A stretch of 64,000 nucleotides of DNA from Candidatus Omnitrophota bacterium (GCA_043732705.1 JAYTHE010000040.1:3250-67249); one strand, 5' to 3'; counted from the first letter of the stretch, positions 45,811 to 56,279 are shown. Numbers and translations: made by a program. The notes: generated from the sequence alone by a model not told the origin.

Positions 45811-46250
45811 TCGTTTTTTATCTTGTCGCGGCGGGAAGCTTTATTCTCGACCGCATCAGCAAGCTGCTTGTTCTTCATTATCTGTCCGGTTCGATTCCTG
45901 TCATTCCGAATATTTTCCATCTGACGCTTGTGCATAATCAGGGAATTGCCTTCGGACTTTTTTCCCAAATGAAATGGGCATTGCTGATCGTTGTCTCGGT
46001 CAGTCTTTTCCTCATCGGATGGATGGCGCATCGTCCCGCATTTCAAAACTTGCGCGATCAATGGGTTTTTGGTTTGATCTTGGGTGGCGCGTTCGGAAAT
46101 TGGGTGGATCGTATTCAATACGGAGCTGTTGTGGATTTTTTAGATTTTAGAATTTGGCCGGTTTTTAATCTTGCCGACTCTGCGATTTCAATCGGAGTCG
46201 GAATTTATATTTTATATCTCTTTCGAGATTCTTTTAGAAGGCGTTCGTAA
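45807..46250 (+). CDS. lspA: Lipoprotein signal peptidase (probable non-canonical ATA start)
   Basis: In-frame upstream extension IIVFYLVAAGSFILDRISKLLV...VHNQGIAFG; GNWVDR, VVDF, FNLAD catalytic motifs. Confidence 0.9.
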   Translation: MIVFYLVAAGSFILDRISKLLVLHYLSGSIPVIPNIFHLTLVHNQGIAFGLFSQMKWALLIVVSVSLFLIGWMAHRPAFQNLRDQWVFGLILGGAFGNWVDRIQYGAVVDFLDFRIWPVFNLADSAISIGVGIYILYLFRDSFRRRS

Positions 46251-46390
46251 GCAGCGCTCGAGAATGGGTCGGTTTGATAACGAGCCGAAGCAAGAAAGAT
46301 GAGGAGTCCATACTAAAATCAGGTATGGACGACGAGTATGACGCAGCTGCAGGCCGTTAGCAAAGGACCACTTTCCGAGGGATGTTTATG
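46251..46390. repeat. Structured intergenic element, possibly related to family A in reverse orientation
   Basis: GAGGA-GTCCATAC-TAAAATCAG-GTATGGAC-GACGA hairpin with a TGACGCAG tail; same layout as the reverse complement of the family A core. Confidence 0.45.
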
Positions 46391-46419
46391 AATGGCTTCT
46401 TTTTACATAAGGCGGATGC

Positions 46420-47337
46420 ATGAGTCAGCAGTGGACGGTGGAATTAAATGATGCCGGCTTCAGGCTCGATGTTTTTCTCGCCGGAAGACTGAAAGGTGAA
46501 CATTCTCGTTCACAATTACAAATTGCCATACGCGAAGGGGCGGTTCTCGTTAACGATAAAACTGCCAGCACGCATTACGCGGTTAAGATCGGTGATGTGG
46601 TTGAGCTTAAACCTTTTGAAGTCGAAGAAGGCCATCCGCAGGCCGAAAACATCGCGTTGGATATCCGCTATGAAGATGCGGATTGTTTGGTGGTTTATAA
46701 ACCGGCGGGGCTTGTTGTTCATCCCGCACCGGGCAATCCGTCAGGGACCTTGGTGAACGCACTCTTGGCGCATGTCAAAGACTTAGGCACGGTAGGGCAA
46801 GTTGAACGTCCCGGTATTGTGCATCGTCTTGATAAAGATACTTCGGGCTTGCTTGTAGTCGCCAAAAATAAAAAGGCCCATGCTAATCTTTCCAAACAAT
46901 TCAAAGAACATACGATTGACCGTGTTTACTACGCGATTGTGCGCGGCATTGTGCAGCATGACGAGGGCAAATGTGAAGAACCCGTCGGCCGCGCTTTTAT
47001 GAGCCGTAAAAAAGTGGTGATTAAGCAAACCGGCGGAAAAGACGCACTGACTTTTTTTAAAGTCTTGAAGCGTTTCAACAATGCCAGCTTTGTGGAAGTG
47101 CGTCTACAAACCGGGCGCACGCATCAAATCCGCGTACATTTCAAACACATGGGGCATCCTGTTTACGGCGACGCAACTTATGGCTATCCCTCGCGCTTAA
47201 TTAACCGTCAGGCATTGCACGCGGCGGTTATCGGCTTTGAGCATCCGCGCACGGGGAAACTTGTCCACATCAAATGTGATATGCCCGAAGATATGCAATT
47301 GCTGCTCAAAGCGATTGCGACCGAAGAAAAGGCATGA
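46420..47337 (+). CDS. rluD: RluA-family pseudouridine synthase
   Basis: S4 domain (RLDVFLA), KPAGLVVHP, HRLDKDTSG, TGRTHQIRVH. Confidence 0.92.
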   Translation: MSQQWTVELNDAGFRLDVFLAGRLKGEHSRSQLQIAIREGAVLVNDKTASTHYAVKIGDVVELKPFEVEEGHPQAENIALDIRYEDADCLVVYKPAGLVVHPAPGNPSGTLVNALLAHVKDLGTVGQVERPGIVHRLDKDTSGLLVVAKNKKAHANLSKQFKEHTIDRVYYAIVRGIVQHDEGKCEEPVGRAFMSRKKVVIKQTGGKDALTFFKVLKRFNNASFVEVRLQTGRTHQIRVHFKHMGHPVYGDATYGYPSRLINRQALHAAVIGFEHPRTGKLVHIKCDMPEDMQLLLKAIATEEKA

Positions 47338-48197
47338 TCAGAAAAGTAAAAATTTTTCTTGAGATGATTAAGTTCGAACACTCCTTGTTCGCACTGCCAT
47401 TCGCTTACCTTGGAATGATCCTCGCCGCGCGCGGCTGGCCGGGTTGGGGGAAATTTTTATGGATTACGCTCGCCATGGTTTCTTTCCGCACGATGGCGAT
47501 GGCTGCCAACCGCCTGGTGGATGAATCCGTCGATGCCTTAAATCCGCGCACGGCCTCACGCGCGCTTCCGGCCGGACTTTTAAAACGCCCTTTTGTTTGG
47601 CGGGCTGCTTTTTTTTCGTTTGTCCTTTTCCAATTAGCCTGTTGGAAATTGGGGCCGCTTTGCTTGCGTTTATCCGTGGTGCCATTCCTCTTAGCGTGGA
47701 TTTATCCCTATCTCAAGCGGGTGACCTTGGCCTGCCACTTTCTGCTCGGTTTGGTACTTGGAATAGCTCCTTATGGCGCTTGGCTTGGAGTGCGGCCGGA
47801 GCTCTCGTGGACGCCCGGTTTTTTAATGCTCGGAATCCTCTTTTGGGTGGCCGGATTTGATATAATTTACGCTCTGTTGGACTTGGACTTTGACCGACAA
47901 AAAGGGCTGCATTCGGTGCCGGCTAAGCTGGGCGATAAGAACGCCCGGGTTTTAGCGCGGGTGTTGCACGGTTTAACTTTAATTTTTTGGATTGCCGCGG
48001 GAGTTTCCGCGGAATTGGGACCGATTTATTTTTCAGGATTATTGATCGCGGCTGTTTTGATGCTGCGCGAGCATATTCTCGTGCGGCGCGATACTGACCC
48101 GGTTAAAATGAACAGATCATTTTTTAAGCTGAATGCTTGGATCAGTGCGGTTATTTTTTTCGCGGCGGTGATTGATTTGGGAGGGGGGATCAAATGA
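47334..48197 (+). CDS. UbiA-family prenyltransferase of the futalosine pathway (MqnP-like)
   Basis: IKFEHSLFALPF, NRLVD..D..NPRT, FDIIYA..D..FD; adjacent to mqnA/mqnC. Confidence 0.9.
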   Translation: MIRKVKIFLEMIKFEHSLFALPFAYLGMILAARGWPGWGKFLWITLAMVSFRTMAMAANRLVDESVDALNPRTASRALPAGLLKRPFVWRAAFFSFVLFQLACWKLGPLCLRLSVVPFLLAWIYPYLKRVTLACHFLLGLVLGIAPYGAWLGVRPELSWTPGFLMLGILFWVAGFDIIYALLDLDFDRQKGLHSVPAKLGDKNARVLARVLHGLTLIFWIAAGVSAELGPIYFSGLLIAAVLMLREHILVRRDTDPVKMNRSFFKLNAWISAVIFFAAVIDLGGGIK

Positions 48198-48808
48198 AGC
48201 CTTGGATTGTCGGCATTACGGGAGCAAGCGGAATCCGCTTTGCCGCGCGCTTGATACAAGTTTTAAATCATTCCGGCCGCCGGATTCATTTAGTGATGTC
48301 CGAACCCGCACGCCTGACCATGAAAGAAGAGCTTGGTATTGTTTTACCCTCGCTTTCTGCCGAAGACTTTGCGCGCGCTTTTCAAATCGAAAATCCCGCA
48401 TTGATTGAAATTCATCATCCAAAAGATTTTACCGCACCAATCGCGAGCGGTTCTTATCCCGTTGAAGGCATGGTAGTGATTCCCTGCAGTATGGGGACTT
48501 TGGGGGCCGTCGCGAACGGGCTTTCTCAGAATTTAATTCATCGTGCGGTGGACTGCGTCATCAAAGAAAACCGCCGGCTGGTGCTCGTGCCGCGTGAAAC
48601 GCCGTTTTCAGCGATTCATTTGGAAAACATGTTAAAGCTCGCGCGCCTTGGGGTGCGTATTGTTCCGCCGATTCCCGGATTTTATTCGGGCGAAAAGACT
48701 ATCGAAGACGTGGTCGATTTTGTGGTCGGAAAAGTTTTGGATCAAATGGATATTCCGCACGCGCTTTTTCCCCGCTGGACCGGCCTTAAAAATTCCGCAA
48801 ATATTTAA
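48194..48808 (+). CDS. ubiX: Flavin prenyltransferase
   Basis: GITGASG, IASGS, PCSMGTL, LVPRETP. Confidence 0.93.
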   Translation: MKPWIVGITGASGIRFAARLIQVLNHSGRRIHLVMSEPARLTMKEELGIVLPSLSAEDFARAFQIENPALIEIHHPKDFTAPIASGSYPVEGMVVIPCSMGTLGAVANGLSQNLIHRAVDCVIKENRRLVLVPRETPFSAIHLENMLKLARLGVRIVPPIPGFYSGEKTIEDVVDFVVGKVLDQMDIPHALFPRWTGLKNSANI

Positions 48809-48817
48809 AGGTTTTCT

Positions 48818-49717
48818 ATGACAGAGCAGGTCTTAGTAAAATCAAAACTTAAAATCGGAAAAATCAAATATCTTAACTGTCTGCCTTATTACGCAGGTTT
48901 AGAGGCGGGTGATACGCTTCAATTTGAAAGCGGTACACCTGCGCAAATCAATCAGTTGATGCGGGAGGGCAAAATCGATTCCGCACCGATTTCTTCGATG
49001 GAGTATTTACAGAATCCGCGGGATTATTTGCTTTTTCCCGATTTAGGAATCGCGAGCCGCGAATATGTGCGCAGCGTTACGCTTTTCTCAAAGAAAAAAA
49101 TTGAGGATTTGAACGGCGCGGATATCGCCGTCACTGAGGAGAGTTTAACGTCTGTGCATTTGCTGAATTTGTTGCTGCGTGATAAATATAAAATTCAAGC
49201 GATGCTGGATCCGATGCCGTCCAATCCCAAAGCGATGCTGGAAAAGCATGATGCCGCGCTTTTGATCGGAAACGACGCGCTTTTGGCGCAGCCTAAAAAA
49301 TTTATCCACCGGTATGACCTCGGTAATCTTTGGTTTGATTGGCAGAAGCTGCCTTTTGTTTATGCGGTTTGGGCCGTGCGCCGTGAAGCAGTGCTTGCGA
49401 GTCAATCCGCTGTCGGAGAATTTTACCATGCTCTCAAGGAGCGTTTTTTGTATAATAGCGCGCATCTTTCCGAATGCATTCACAAGCATTGCTCAATCGG
49501 GGAATTTGACCGCCTTGAACCCAAGATACACGGTTATTTAAGCGGGCTGATTTATCAATTGGATGATACCTGCTGGCAGGGGTTTAAAAAATTCGCTGAG
49601 CGATTATATTTAACCTCTGCGCTAAAAACGCAACCGGAATTTGAATTTGTGGCAGTTGATAAAGGTTCTGTGCCGGTTGGGCGAAGCCCAGAGAAAAAAG
49701 AAAATGAAATACGATAA
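48818..49717 (+). CDS. mqnA: Chorismate dehydratase
   Basis: IKYLNCLP, SLTSV.L, LLIGNDAL, DLG..W...LPFVYAVW. Confidence 0.88.
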   Translation: MTEQVLVKSKLKIGKIKYLNCLPYYAGLEAGDTLQFESGTPAQINQLMREGKIDSAPISSMEYLQNPRDYLLFPDLGIASREYVRSVTLFSKKKIEDLNGADIAVTEESLTSVHLLNLLLRDKYKIQAMLDPMPSNPKAMLEKHDAALLIGNDALLAQPKKFIHRYDLGNLWFDWQKLPFVYAVWAVRREAVLASQSAVGEFYHALKERFLYNSAHLSECIHKHCSIGEFDRLEPKIHGYLSGLIYQLDDTCWQGFKKFAERLYLTSALKTQPEFEFVAVDKGSVPVGRSPEKKENEIR

Positions 49718-50789
49718 ATTGGACGACATCTTGGAGAAACGCGTTAACGGCGAAAGACTTTCGCTTGAAGAAGGTGTTTCGCTTTATGCATGCGACCTTT
49801 TGCGGTTGGGCCGCGCCGCGCATCGCGTCAAAGAACAAATGCATCCTGATAAGCGGGTGACATTTATCGTCGACCGTAATATCAGCTATACCAATGTTTG
49901 TGTTGTCGATTGTGACTTCTGCGCTTTTTACCGTCCGCCCGGCCATGCCGAAGGTTACACGATGACGCATGAAGAAGTTTTTAAAAAAATCGAAGAGTTA
50001 GTTGCGCTTGGCGGAACCCAGGCCCTGATTCAAGGCGGCGTGAATCCGGCTTTGCCGATTGAGTACTACATCGATTTAATCCGTGCGGTTCGGCAGAAAT
50101 ATCCGACGGTGCATGTGCATTCTTTTTCGGTGGTGGAAATGGATATGATCGCGCGCAAGAATCGTATTCCTTTGCCCGACCTTTTTAAGAAATTCAAAGA
50201 AGCGGGTTTAAACTCCATGCCGGGCGGCGGCGCTGAAATTTTAGTTGAACGCGTACGCAAAATTATCAGCCCCAAAAAAGCCACCACAGAAAAATGGATT
50301 GATGTGATGCGGATTGCGCATGAAGCCGGCCTTAAAACCACCGCAACCATGGTGGTGGGGCATGTCGAGACCATTTCCGAACGCATTGAACATATGCTTG
50401 TGATTCGCGACTTGCAGGACAAAACCAAGGGCTTTCGTGCTTTTATTCCTTGGACGATGTCGCCGAATTGTACACCCCGCATGAAGCATCTCAAGCAAAC
50501 CGGCGGCGAGGATTATTTGAAGACGGTCGCGATTTCACGTTTGATGCTCGACAATATTGAGCATTTGCAAAGCGGCTGGCTCACCGAAGGCCTTAAGCTC
50601 GGGCAAATCGCGCTGGCATTCGGCTGCGATGATATGGGCGGAACTTTAATTGAAGACAAAGTTTTGGAACCAACCGGCATCGATGCAACACAAACCACCC
50701 GGGAAGATTTAATCCGCTTGATCAAAGAGGCGGGGTATACGCCGGTGCAAAGAGACACGAATTACCAGACAGTACAAATTTTTAATTAG
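49704..50789 (+). CDS. mqnC: Cyclic dehypoxanthine futalosine synthase (radical SAM)
   Basis: VDRNISYTNVCVVDCDFCAFYR, PGGGAEIL, AFIPWT. Start at ATG 49704. Confidence 0.92.
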   Translation: MKYDKLDDILEKRVNGERLSLEEGVSLYACDLLRLGRAAHRVKEQMHPDKRVTFIVDRNISYTNVCVVDCDFCAFYRPPGHAEGYTMTHEEVFKKIEELVALGGTQALIQGGVNPALPIEYYIDLIRAVRQKYPTVHVHSFSVVEMDMIARKNRIPLPDLFKKFKEAGLNSMPGGGAEILVERVRKIISPKKATTEKWIDVMRIAHEAGLKTTATMVVGHVETISERIEHMLVIRDLQDKTKGFRAFIPWTMSPNCTPRMKHLKQTGGEDYLKTVAISRLMLDNIEHLQSGWLTEGLKLGQIALAFGCDDMGGTLIEDKVLEPTGIDATQTTREDLIRLIKEAGYTPVQRDTNYQTVQIFN

Positions 50790-50940
50790 CAAACACTTAA
50801 TTCCAAACTCTAAATCCTAATATCTGAATTCTAAATACACTCAAAATCACAATGCTTCAAATTTCTAAACGCTTTAGTGTTTTGACTTTGGGCATTGGAA
50901 TTTATTTAGAAGTTAGTGTTTAGAGTTTAGGATTTTAATA
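50790..50940. repeat. AT-rich heptamer inverted-repeat element
   Basis: AAACTCTAAATCCTAA..TTCTAAAT on the left; TTTAGAAGTTAG..TTTAGAGTTTAGGATTT on the right. Confidence 0.7.
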
Positions 50941-50944
50941 ATTT

Positions 50945-51661
50945 ATGACTCAAATATTAAAAGCACAAAATTTAGCTTCGCCTGACAAAGAATTTATCCG
51001 CGATGCTTTTGACTCCATTGCGCCGAAGTATGATTTTCTCAATACCGTGCTCAGCTTTAAGTTGGATGAGGCTTGGCGCCGCCGCGCGCGCGATTTAGTT
51101 TTGGAACCCGCGCAACAGGCGATTCTCGATTTGGGAATTGGATCCGGTAAGTTTTTAGAGTGTTTTCTTCAAGCACGGACTTGGAAAAAGGCCGTCGGAC
51201 TTGATTTTTCAGCGAATATGTTAGCCGTAGCACGCGAACATTTGCCCCAGGAAGTGACCTTGGTTCAGGGTGATTTTCATGACTTGCCTTTTGCGCGCGC
51301 CGAGTTTGATTTAGTTGTTTCCGCTTTTACTTTGCGCAGCGTGAAGGATATGCCGCGTTTTTTGAGCCAAGTATTCAAAATCCTGACGCCCGGAGGGCGA
51401 GCTGCATTTTTGTGCCTAACGCGCCCGCAGGCTTGGTGGGCGAAGCTGCTTTTTTATCCCTATCTCAAACTTTATTTGCCGGTTGTGGGCTGGATTTTTT
51501 CCGGCAGACTCAAAGCTTATCAATTTCTTTCCGAATCGATCGCATCCTTTCAAGAGCCGCAAAAAACAGCCGCGGAAATGCGCGATACCGGTTTTACGGA
51601 ATTGCAAGTCCACGCTTTTACTTTTGGTGCGGCGACGCTGATCATTGGCCGTAAACCATGA
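50945..51661 (+). CDS. menG: Demethylmenaquinone methyltransferase (UbiE/MenG)
   Basis: FDSIAPKYDFLN, LDLGIGSG SAM motif; located with mqn genes. Confidence 0.88.
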   Translation: MTQILKAQNLASPDKEFIRDAFDSIAPKYDFLNTVLSFKLDEAWRRRARDLVLEPAQQAILDLGIGSGKFLECFLQARTWKKAVGLDFSANMLAVAREHLPQEVTLVQGDFHDLPFARAEFDLVVSAFTLRSVKDMPRFLSQVFKILTPGGRAAFLCLTRPQAWWAKLLFYPYLKLYLPVVGWIFSGRLKAYQFLSESIASFQEPQKTAAEMRDTGFTELQVHAFTFGAATLIIGRKP

Positions 51662-52155
51662 TCATGGATTCTAACTACGAAAAAAAGATTTTAGAGCTAG
51701 GTTTGATTTTGCCTGACCCCGCGAAACCGGGCGGTATTTACCAGCCGGTTGTATTTTCGGGCGCATGGGCGCATTTAAGCGGACAGCTTCCGCGTGGCAT
51801 AGGCGGAACATTGATGACGGGCCGGGTTGGTAAAGATGTTGATCTGAAACAGGCGCAGGAAGCCGCACGAGCAGCGGCATTAAATATAATTTCGATTGTC
51901 CGTAATCTCATCGGCTTTGACCGTTTCAAAAAATTTGTAAAAGTTACGGGGTATGTCAACGCTGACCCTTCTTTTTATGATTTTTCCGCCGTGATGAACG
52001 GCGCCTCCGAACTGTTGGGTTTAGTATTCGGTGAAGCGGGAGTGCATGCGCGTACTTCGGTTGGGGTTGCAAGCCTGCCTTTGAATGCCATTATTGAAAT
52101 TGATGCCGTGATTCAAGTCAAACCTTCTGATACCGGCCGCAAATCTTTATCATAA
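51658..52155 (+). CDS. RidA/YjgF family protein
   Basis: LSGQLP, NGASELL..VFGEAGVHARTSVGVASLP. Confidence 0.88.
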   Translation: MIMDSNYEKKILELGLILPDPAKPGGIYQPVVFSGAWAHLSGQLPRGIGGTLMTGRVGKDVDLKQAQEAARAAALNIISIVRNLIGFDRFKKFVKVTGYVNADPSFYDFSAVMNGASELLGLVFGEAGVHARTSVGVASLPLNAIIEIDAVIQVKPSDTGRKSLS

Positions 52156-53030
52156 TGAAAAAAGTGATTCTTTTTTTACTTTCGTTTGCGCTTGTGCTGG
52201 CTCTCGCAGTGATTCTTTCGCCGTTGATTTATCCGCACTTCCATTTTAAGTTTGAACGCATTTTTAACCGCATAGTGATGATCGGTGTTTTGGTTTGCGT
52301 CGCGGTTTTTGTACGTATTCGTAAAGAAACTTTTATTCAATATGGCTTGGCCTGGGAAAAAGAGAGCTTGCGCCAGCTTTTGGCGGGTTTTATCACTACC
52401 GTTGCTGTGCTTTCACTTTACGTGGTATTTCAAAAGCTTTTCGGCGAAGCCGTAGTTTCTTTTCAAAATATTGGAATAGGGAAATGGATTTCCCGGATTA
52501 TTTTGGCGGCATTAACGGGGTTATTGATAGGGGCAATCGAAGAGTTCTTTTTCAGAGGAACGGTGTTTAATGCCTGCCGGTGGCTCTGGGCTTCGCCCAA
52601 TCGCAATTACAAAACAGGCTTGGCGGCGAGTCTATTTGTAACGAATATTTTTTATGCAATTGTGCATTTTGTGCATGCCAAAAGGCCTTTTGTTGATTCA
52701 ACGCCTGATTTTCACGATAGTTTAAAATTATTAGCCGCGCCGCTGGCTTCTTTTTCAGAGATAGGGCAGTTTTGGCCGGGGTTAGTCGGACTCTTGATTT
52801 TTGGGCTCATGCTCAACGGACTGTATCTTCGCACCAAATCGCTTTATGCTTCGATTGGCCTGCATGCCGGCGCTGTTTTCTTTATTAAAACCGATGGTTT
52901 GCTTGTCAATTTTGGTTCGCATAATCTTTTATGGGGTTCCGGAAAAATGTACGACGGCATCATGGGTTGGGCCGCACTTGCCGCTCTTTACGGGGTCCTG
53001 ATTCTTTTTACTAAGAAGTCCGAACATTAA
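52155..53030 (+). CDS. CPBP (CAAX/Abi) intramembrane metalloprotease
   Basis: EEFFFRG, FYAIVH, SIGLHAG motifs. Confidence 0.88.
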   Translation: MKKVILFLLSFALVLALAVILSPLIYPHFHFKFERIFNRIVMIGVLVCVAVFVRIRKETFIQYGLAWEKESLRQLLAGFITTVAVLSLYVVFQKLFGEAVVSFQNIGIGKWISRIILAALTGLLIGAIEEFFFRGTVFNACRWLWASPNRNYKTGLAASLFVTNIFYAIVHFVHAKRPFVDSTPDFHDSLKLLAAPLASFSEIGQFWPGLVGLLIFGLMLNGLYLRTKSLYASIGLHAGAVFFIKTDGLLVNFGSHNLLWGSGKMYDGIMGWAALAALYGVLILFTKKSEH

Positions 53031-53035
53031 TTTAC

Positions 53036-54169
53036 ATGCTTTATTTTGACTATAACGCTACGACACCGCTGGACCCAGAAGTTTTGGATGCTATGCTGCC
53101 TTTTCTGAAGGAGCATTATGGCAATCCTTCCAGCCTGCATTCCGCGGGCCGCATACCCGCAAAAGGTTTGCGCGATGCGCGCCGCGATTCTGCCAAACTG
53201 ATCGGTGCTTTGCGCGAGGAAGAAATTATTTTTACAAGCGGCGGTACGGAAAGCAATACTGCTGCCATTCGAGCCGCTCTGGCTGCATTGCCCGAAAGAA
53301 AAGAAATTATAACGAGCTGCGTCGAGCATTCGAGCGTTTTAAAACTTTGCCGCGAGCTTGCTCAGCACGGCTATAAAGTCCATGAGGTTGGCGTGGATGA
53401 TCAGGGGCGCCTTGAAACGGATGTGTTTTTTGAAGTGCTTTCCAATAAAACAGCCCTGGTCGCTCTCATGCTTTCGAATAATGAAACCGGCGTTTATTTT
53501 CCGCTGGAATCACTGGGCGAAAAAATCCGTGAGGCAGGCGCAATTTATTTTGTTGATGCCGTTCAGTCTGCGGGAAAAATGGAAGTGAATGCCGCTAAAC
53601 TCGGATGCGATTTTCTTTCACTTTCATCGCATAAACTTTATGGTCCCAAAGGTTCCGGAGTTTTATATCACCGCAAAGCCGCGCCTTTCAGCGCGCTTGT
53701 TTGGGGCGGCTCGCAGGAACGTAAACGCCGCGGCGGAACGGAAAATGTTCCGGGGATTGTTGGAACCGGAAAGGCCTGCGAAATCGCGATGAAGCATCTC
53801 GTCGAAGAACAAAAAAGACTTCTCGTTTTGCGTGATCAATTTGAAACCAAGCTTCAAAATAAAATTTCCGGTGTTTGTGTGCATGGCGCCGCAGCGGAAA
53901 GACTTGTAAATACCAGTAATATGGCTTTTGAAGGAGTGGATGCGGAAGCTTTGCTTGCGGCATTGGATCAGAAAGAAATTTGTGTTTCATCGGGCTCCGC
54001 TTGCATGAGCGGTGCGGGCAGTCCCTCGCATGTGATCAAGGCTATGGGTTTTCCGGACGCGCATGCGCGCTCAACCTTGCGTTTTAGCTTCGGACGGTTT
54101 ACAAAGTTGGAAGAAATTGATATTTTAATTTCAGAACTTATTTTCGCGCTGGAAAGAATCAGAGGATAA
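53036..54169 (+). CDS. iscS: Cysteine desulfurase (IscS/NifS type)
   Basis: YFDYNATTP, GNPSS, SSHKLYGPKG, SSGSAC. Confidence 0.9.
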   Translation: MLYFDYNATTPLDPEVLDAMLPFLKEHYGNPSSLHSAGRIPAKGLRDARRDSAKLIGALREEEIIFTSGGTESNTAAIRAALAALPERKEIITSCVEHSSVLKLCRELAQHGYKVHEVGVDDQGRLETDVFFEVLSNKTALVALMLSNNETGVYFPLESLGEKIREAGAIYFVDAVQSAGKMEVNAAKLGCDFLSLSSHKLYGPKGSGVLYHRKAAPFSALVWGGSQERKRRGGTENVPGIVGTGKACEIAMKHLVEEQKRLLVLRDQFETKLQNKISGVCVHGAAAERLVNTSNMAFEGVDAEALLAALDQKEICVSSGSACMSGAGSPSHVIKAMGFPDAHARSTLRFSFGRFTKLEEIDILISELIFALERIRG

Positions 54170-54174
54170 AGATT

Positions 54175-55200
54175 ATGACGAGTGGAGATTTAAATCAGCA
54201 AAGTGTTTTGAAAGTTTTGCAATCCGTCGAAGACCCGGTGCAGGCTAAAAACCTGGTTGTGCTTGGCATGATTCGCGAAGTCGAAGTGGATCATGGCGCG
54301 GTATTTGTGCATTTACAATCCGCGCAAAATGATGCGGGTTATCTTCAAAAATTAAAAGCTGCCGTTGAATCCGCCGTCAAGGCTGCCGGAGCTGCAACGG
54401 TTCAGGTTCAAATCTCGCAGGGAAAATCAGTGGGGGTGACGGAAGATAAAACCCAGGACTCTGCAGGGATTCGTCATGTTGTGACCGTTGGTGCGGGCAA
54501 AGGCGGAGTCGGAAAATCAACGGTTTCGGTTAACCTCGCGCTTGCGCTTCATGCCAAAGGTTTTAAAGTTGGAATTATGGATGGAGATATTTACGGACCG
54601 AATTTACCGCTCATGCTTGGGATTCCGGACGGCACAAAGCCGCGTGTTTCAGCAGAAAGCAAATTGATTCCGATCGAAGCACATGGCATTAAAGTTATTT
54701 CAATCGGATTGCTGGTTGCCAAAGATCAGCCCATGGTTTGGCGTGGGCCGATGCTGCATAGCGCTGTTCAGCAATTTCTTCAAAAAGTGGAATGGGGTCA
54801 GCTTGATTTTCTGGTGGTGGATTTGCCGCCCGGGACAGGCGATATTCAGCTTTCACTTGTGCAATCTACAAAAATATCAGGCGCAGTTGTTGTTTCAACT
54901 CCGCAAGAAGTCGCGCTTGAAGACGTCCGTAAAGCAGTTGTCATGTTTAATCATTTAAAAGTTCCTGTGCTGGGCATGGTTGAGAATATGACAGGCGATA
55001 TTTTTGGGCGGGGCGGAGCGGAAAAGGCCGCGAATCAATTGCAAATTCCATTTCTCGGAACCGTAGAGTTAGACGCGAAAATCCGCATTGCTGGTGACTC
55101 CGGAAATCCGATTTTGATTGCGCATCCCGAAAGTCAAGCTGCGAAGCAATTCACGCAAATCGCGGACAAAGTCATCGCATCAGTAGCCCAACCTGCTTGA
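54175..55200 (+). CDS. mrp: Mrp/ApbC Fe-S carrier ATPase
   Basis: GKGGVGKST, DIYGP, WRGPM, DLPPGTGD, VENM. Confidence 0.92.
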   Translation: MTSGDLNQQSVLKVLQSVEDPVQAKNLVVLGMIREVEVDHGAVFVHLQSAQNDAGYLQKLKAAVESAVKAAGAATVQVQISQGKSVGVTEDKTQDSAGIRHVVTVGAGKGGVGKSTVSVNLALALHAKGFKVGIMDGDIYGPNLPLMLGIPDGTKPRVSAESKLIPIEAHGIKVISIGLLVAKDQPMVWRGPMLHSAVQQFLQKVEWGQLDFLVVDLPPGTGDIQLSLVQSTKISGAVVVSTPQEVALEDVRKAVVMFNHLKVPVLGMVENMTGDIFGRGGAEKAANQLQIPFLGTVELDAKIRIAGDSGNPILIAHPESQAAKQFTQIADKVIASVAQPA

Positions 55201-55266
55201 GAACGGGCTTGAGGGGCCCTTGCTTAGTCTTTGATTTACGGTTAGTTTTAATTGAGGGAGGGCTTT

Positions 55267-56190
55267 ATGCGCCATATCAATATGGATTTGGTCCGTGTTA
55301 CTGAAGCCGCCGCCATCGCAGCATCGGCCTGGATCGGCAGCGGTGACAAAATTTCAGCGGATAAAGCCGCGACTGAAGCCATGCGCCATCGCCTCAATCA
55401 AATGGATTTTGCGGGAAGGATTGTCATTGGTGAGGGAATCAAAGACAAAAGTCCTGGCCTCTTCGAAGGCGAAAAGCTCGGTAAACTTCAACGTAACCCT
55501 GATTCTGAATATTATGAACTCGCGGTAGATCCGATTGATGGTACGCGCCCAACCGTAACTGCCGGGCCTGAAGCTATGAGTGTGCTTGCCGTAGCGGAAC
55601 ACAAAGCTCTTTTTTCAACACCCGAGTTTTATATGAATAAACTCGCTTACGGCTCGCAAATCGCGGCCAAAACCAAACTCAATATCGCGGATCCGCTTTC
55701 GAAAATTGTGCAGCAGGTTTCAGCGGCACTCAACAAAGAAACTTCTAAAATCACCGTTTGCATGCTCGACCGTCCGCGGCATGAAAAATGGATCACCGAA
55801 CTCCGTAGTTTGGGTGTACGCATTAAATTGATTCAAGACTGCGACGTTTCCGGTTCGATTGCAGCCTGTTTGCCGTTTAGCGGTATTGATTTTCTTTATG
55901 GTGTTGGCGGCGCTCCGGAAGGCGTGATTTCGGCTTGCGCGATTAAATGTTTGCGCGGTGGATTTCAGGCGCAAGTCATTAATAAAGAAACTGTCAAATT
56001 CACGGACGGAAAAATTTACGAATCCGAGGATTTGGTACGCGGCCCCTGTGCTTTTGTTGCGACAGGAATTACTACAGGCAGTCTTTTAAAAGGCGTCAGA
56101 TATAAAGGCCAATTTCCCGAAACCCATTCCGTCTTTATGCGTTCGGAATCCTCGACCATTCGCTGGATGACTACTTACCACGGAAATTAA
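55267..56190 (+). CDS. glpX: Fructose-1,6-bisphosphatase class II
   Basis: VRVTEAAA, IVIGEG, AVDPIDGT, GGAPEGV, ATGITTG. Confidence 0.93.
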   Translation: MRHINMDLVRVTEAAAIAASAWIGSGDKISADKAATEAMRHRLNQMDFAGRIVIGEGIKDKSPGLFEGEKLGKLQRNPDSEYYELAVDPIDGTRPTVTAGPEAMSVLAVAEHKALFSTPEFYMNKLAYGSQIAAKTKLNIADPLSKIVQQVSAALNKETSKITVCMLDRPRHEKWITELRSLGVRIKLIQDCDVSGSIAACLPFSGIDFLYGVGGAPEGVISACAIKCLRGGFQAQVINKETVKFTDGKIYESEDLVRGPCAFVATGITTGSLLKGVRYKGQFPETHSVFMRSESSTIRWMTTYHGN

Positions 56191-56279
56191 TATTCTCAGA
56201 CGGTCTTCTTCAAAAGTAAAATTTTTTTATTTATTAACATCTGCTTGCTTCGTCAAAGATTAGCAGAGAGAATAAGTCA

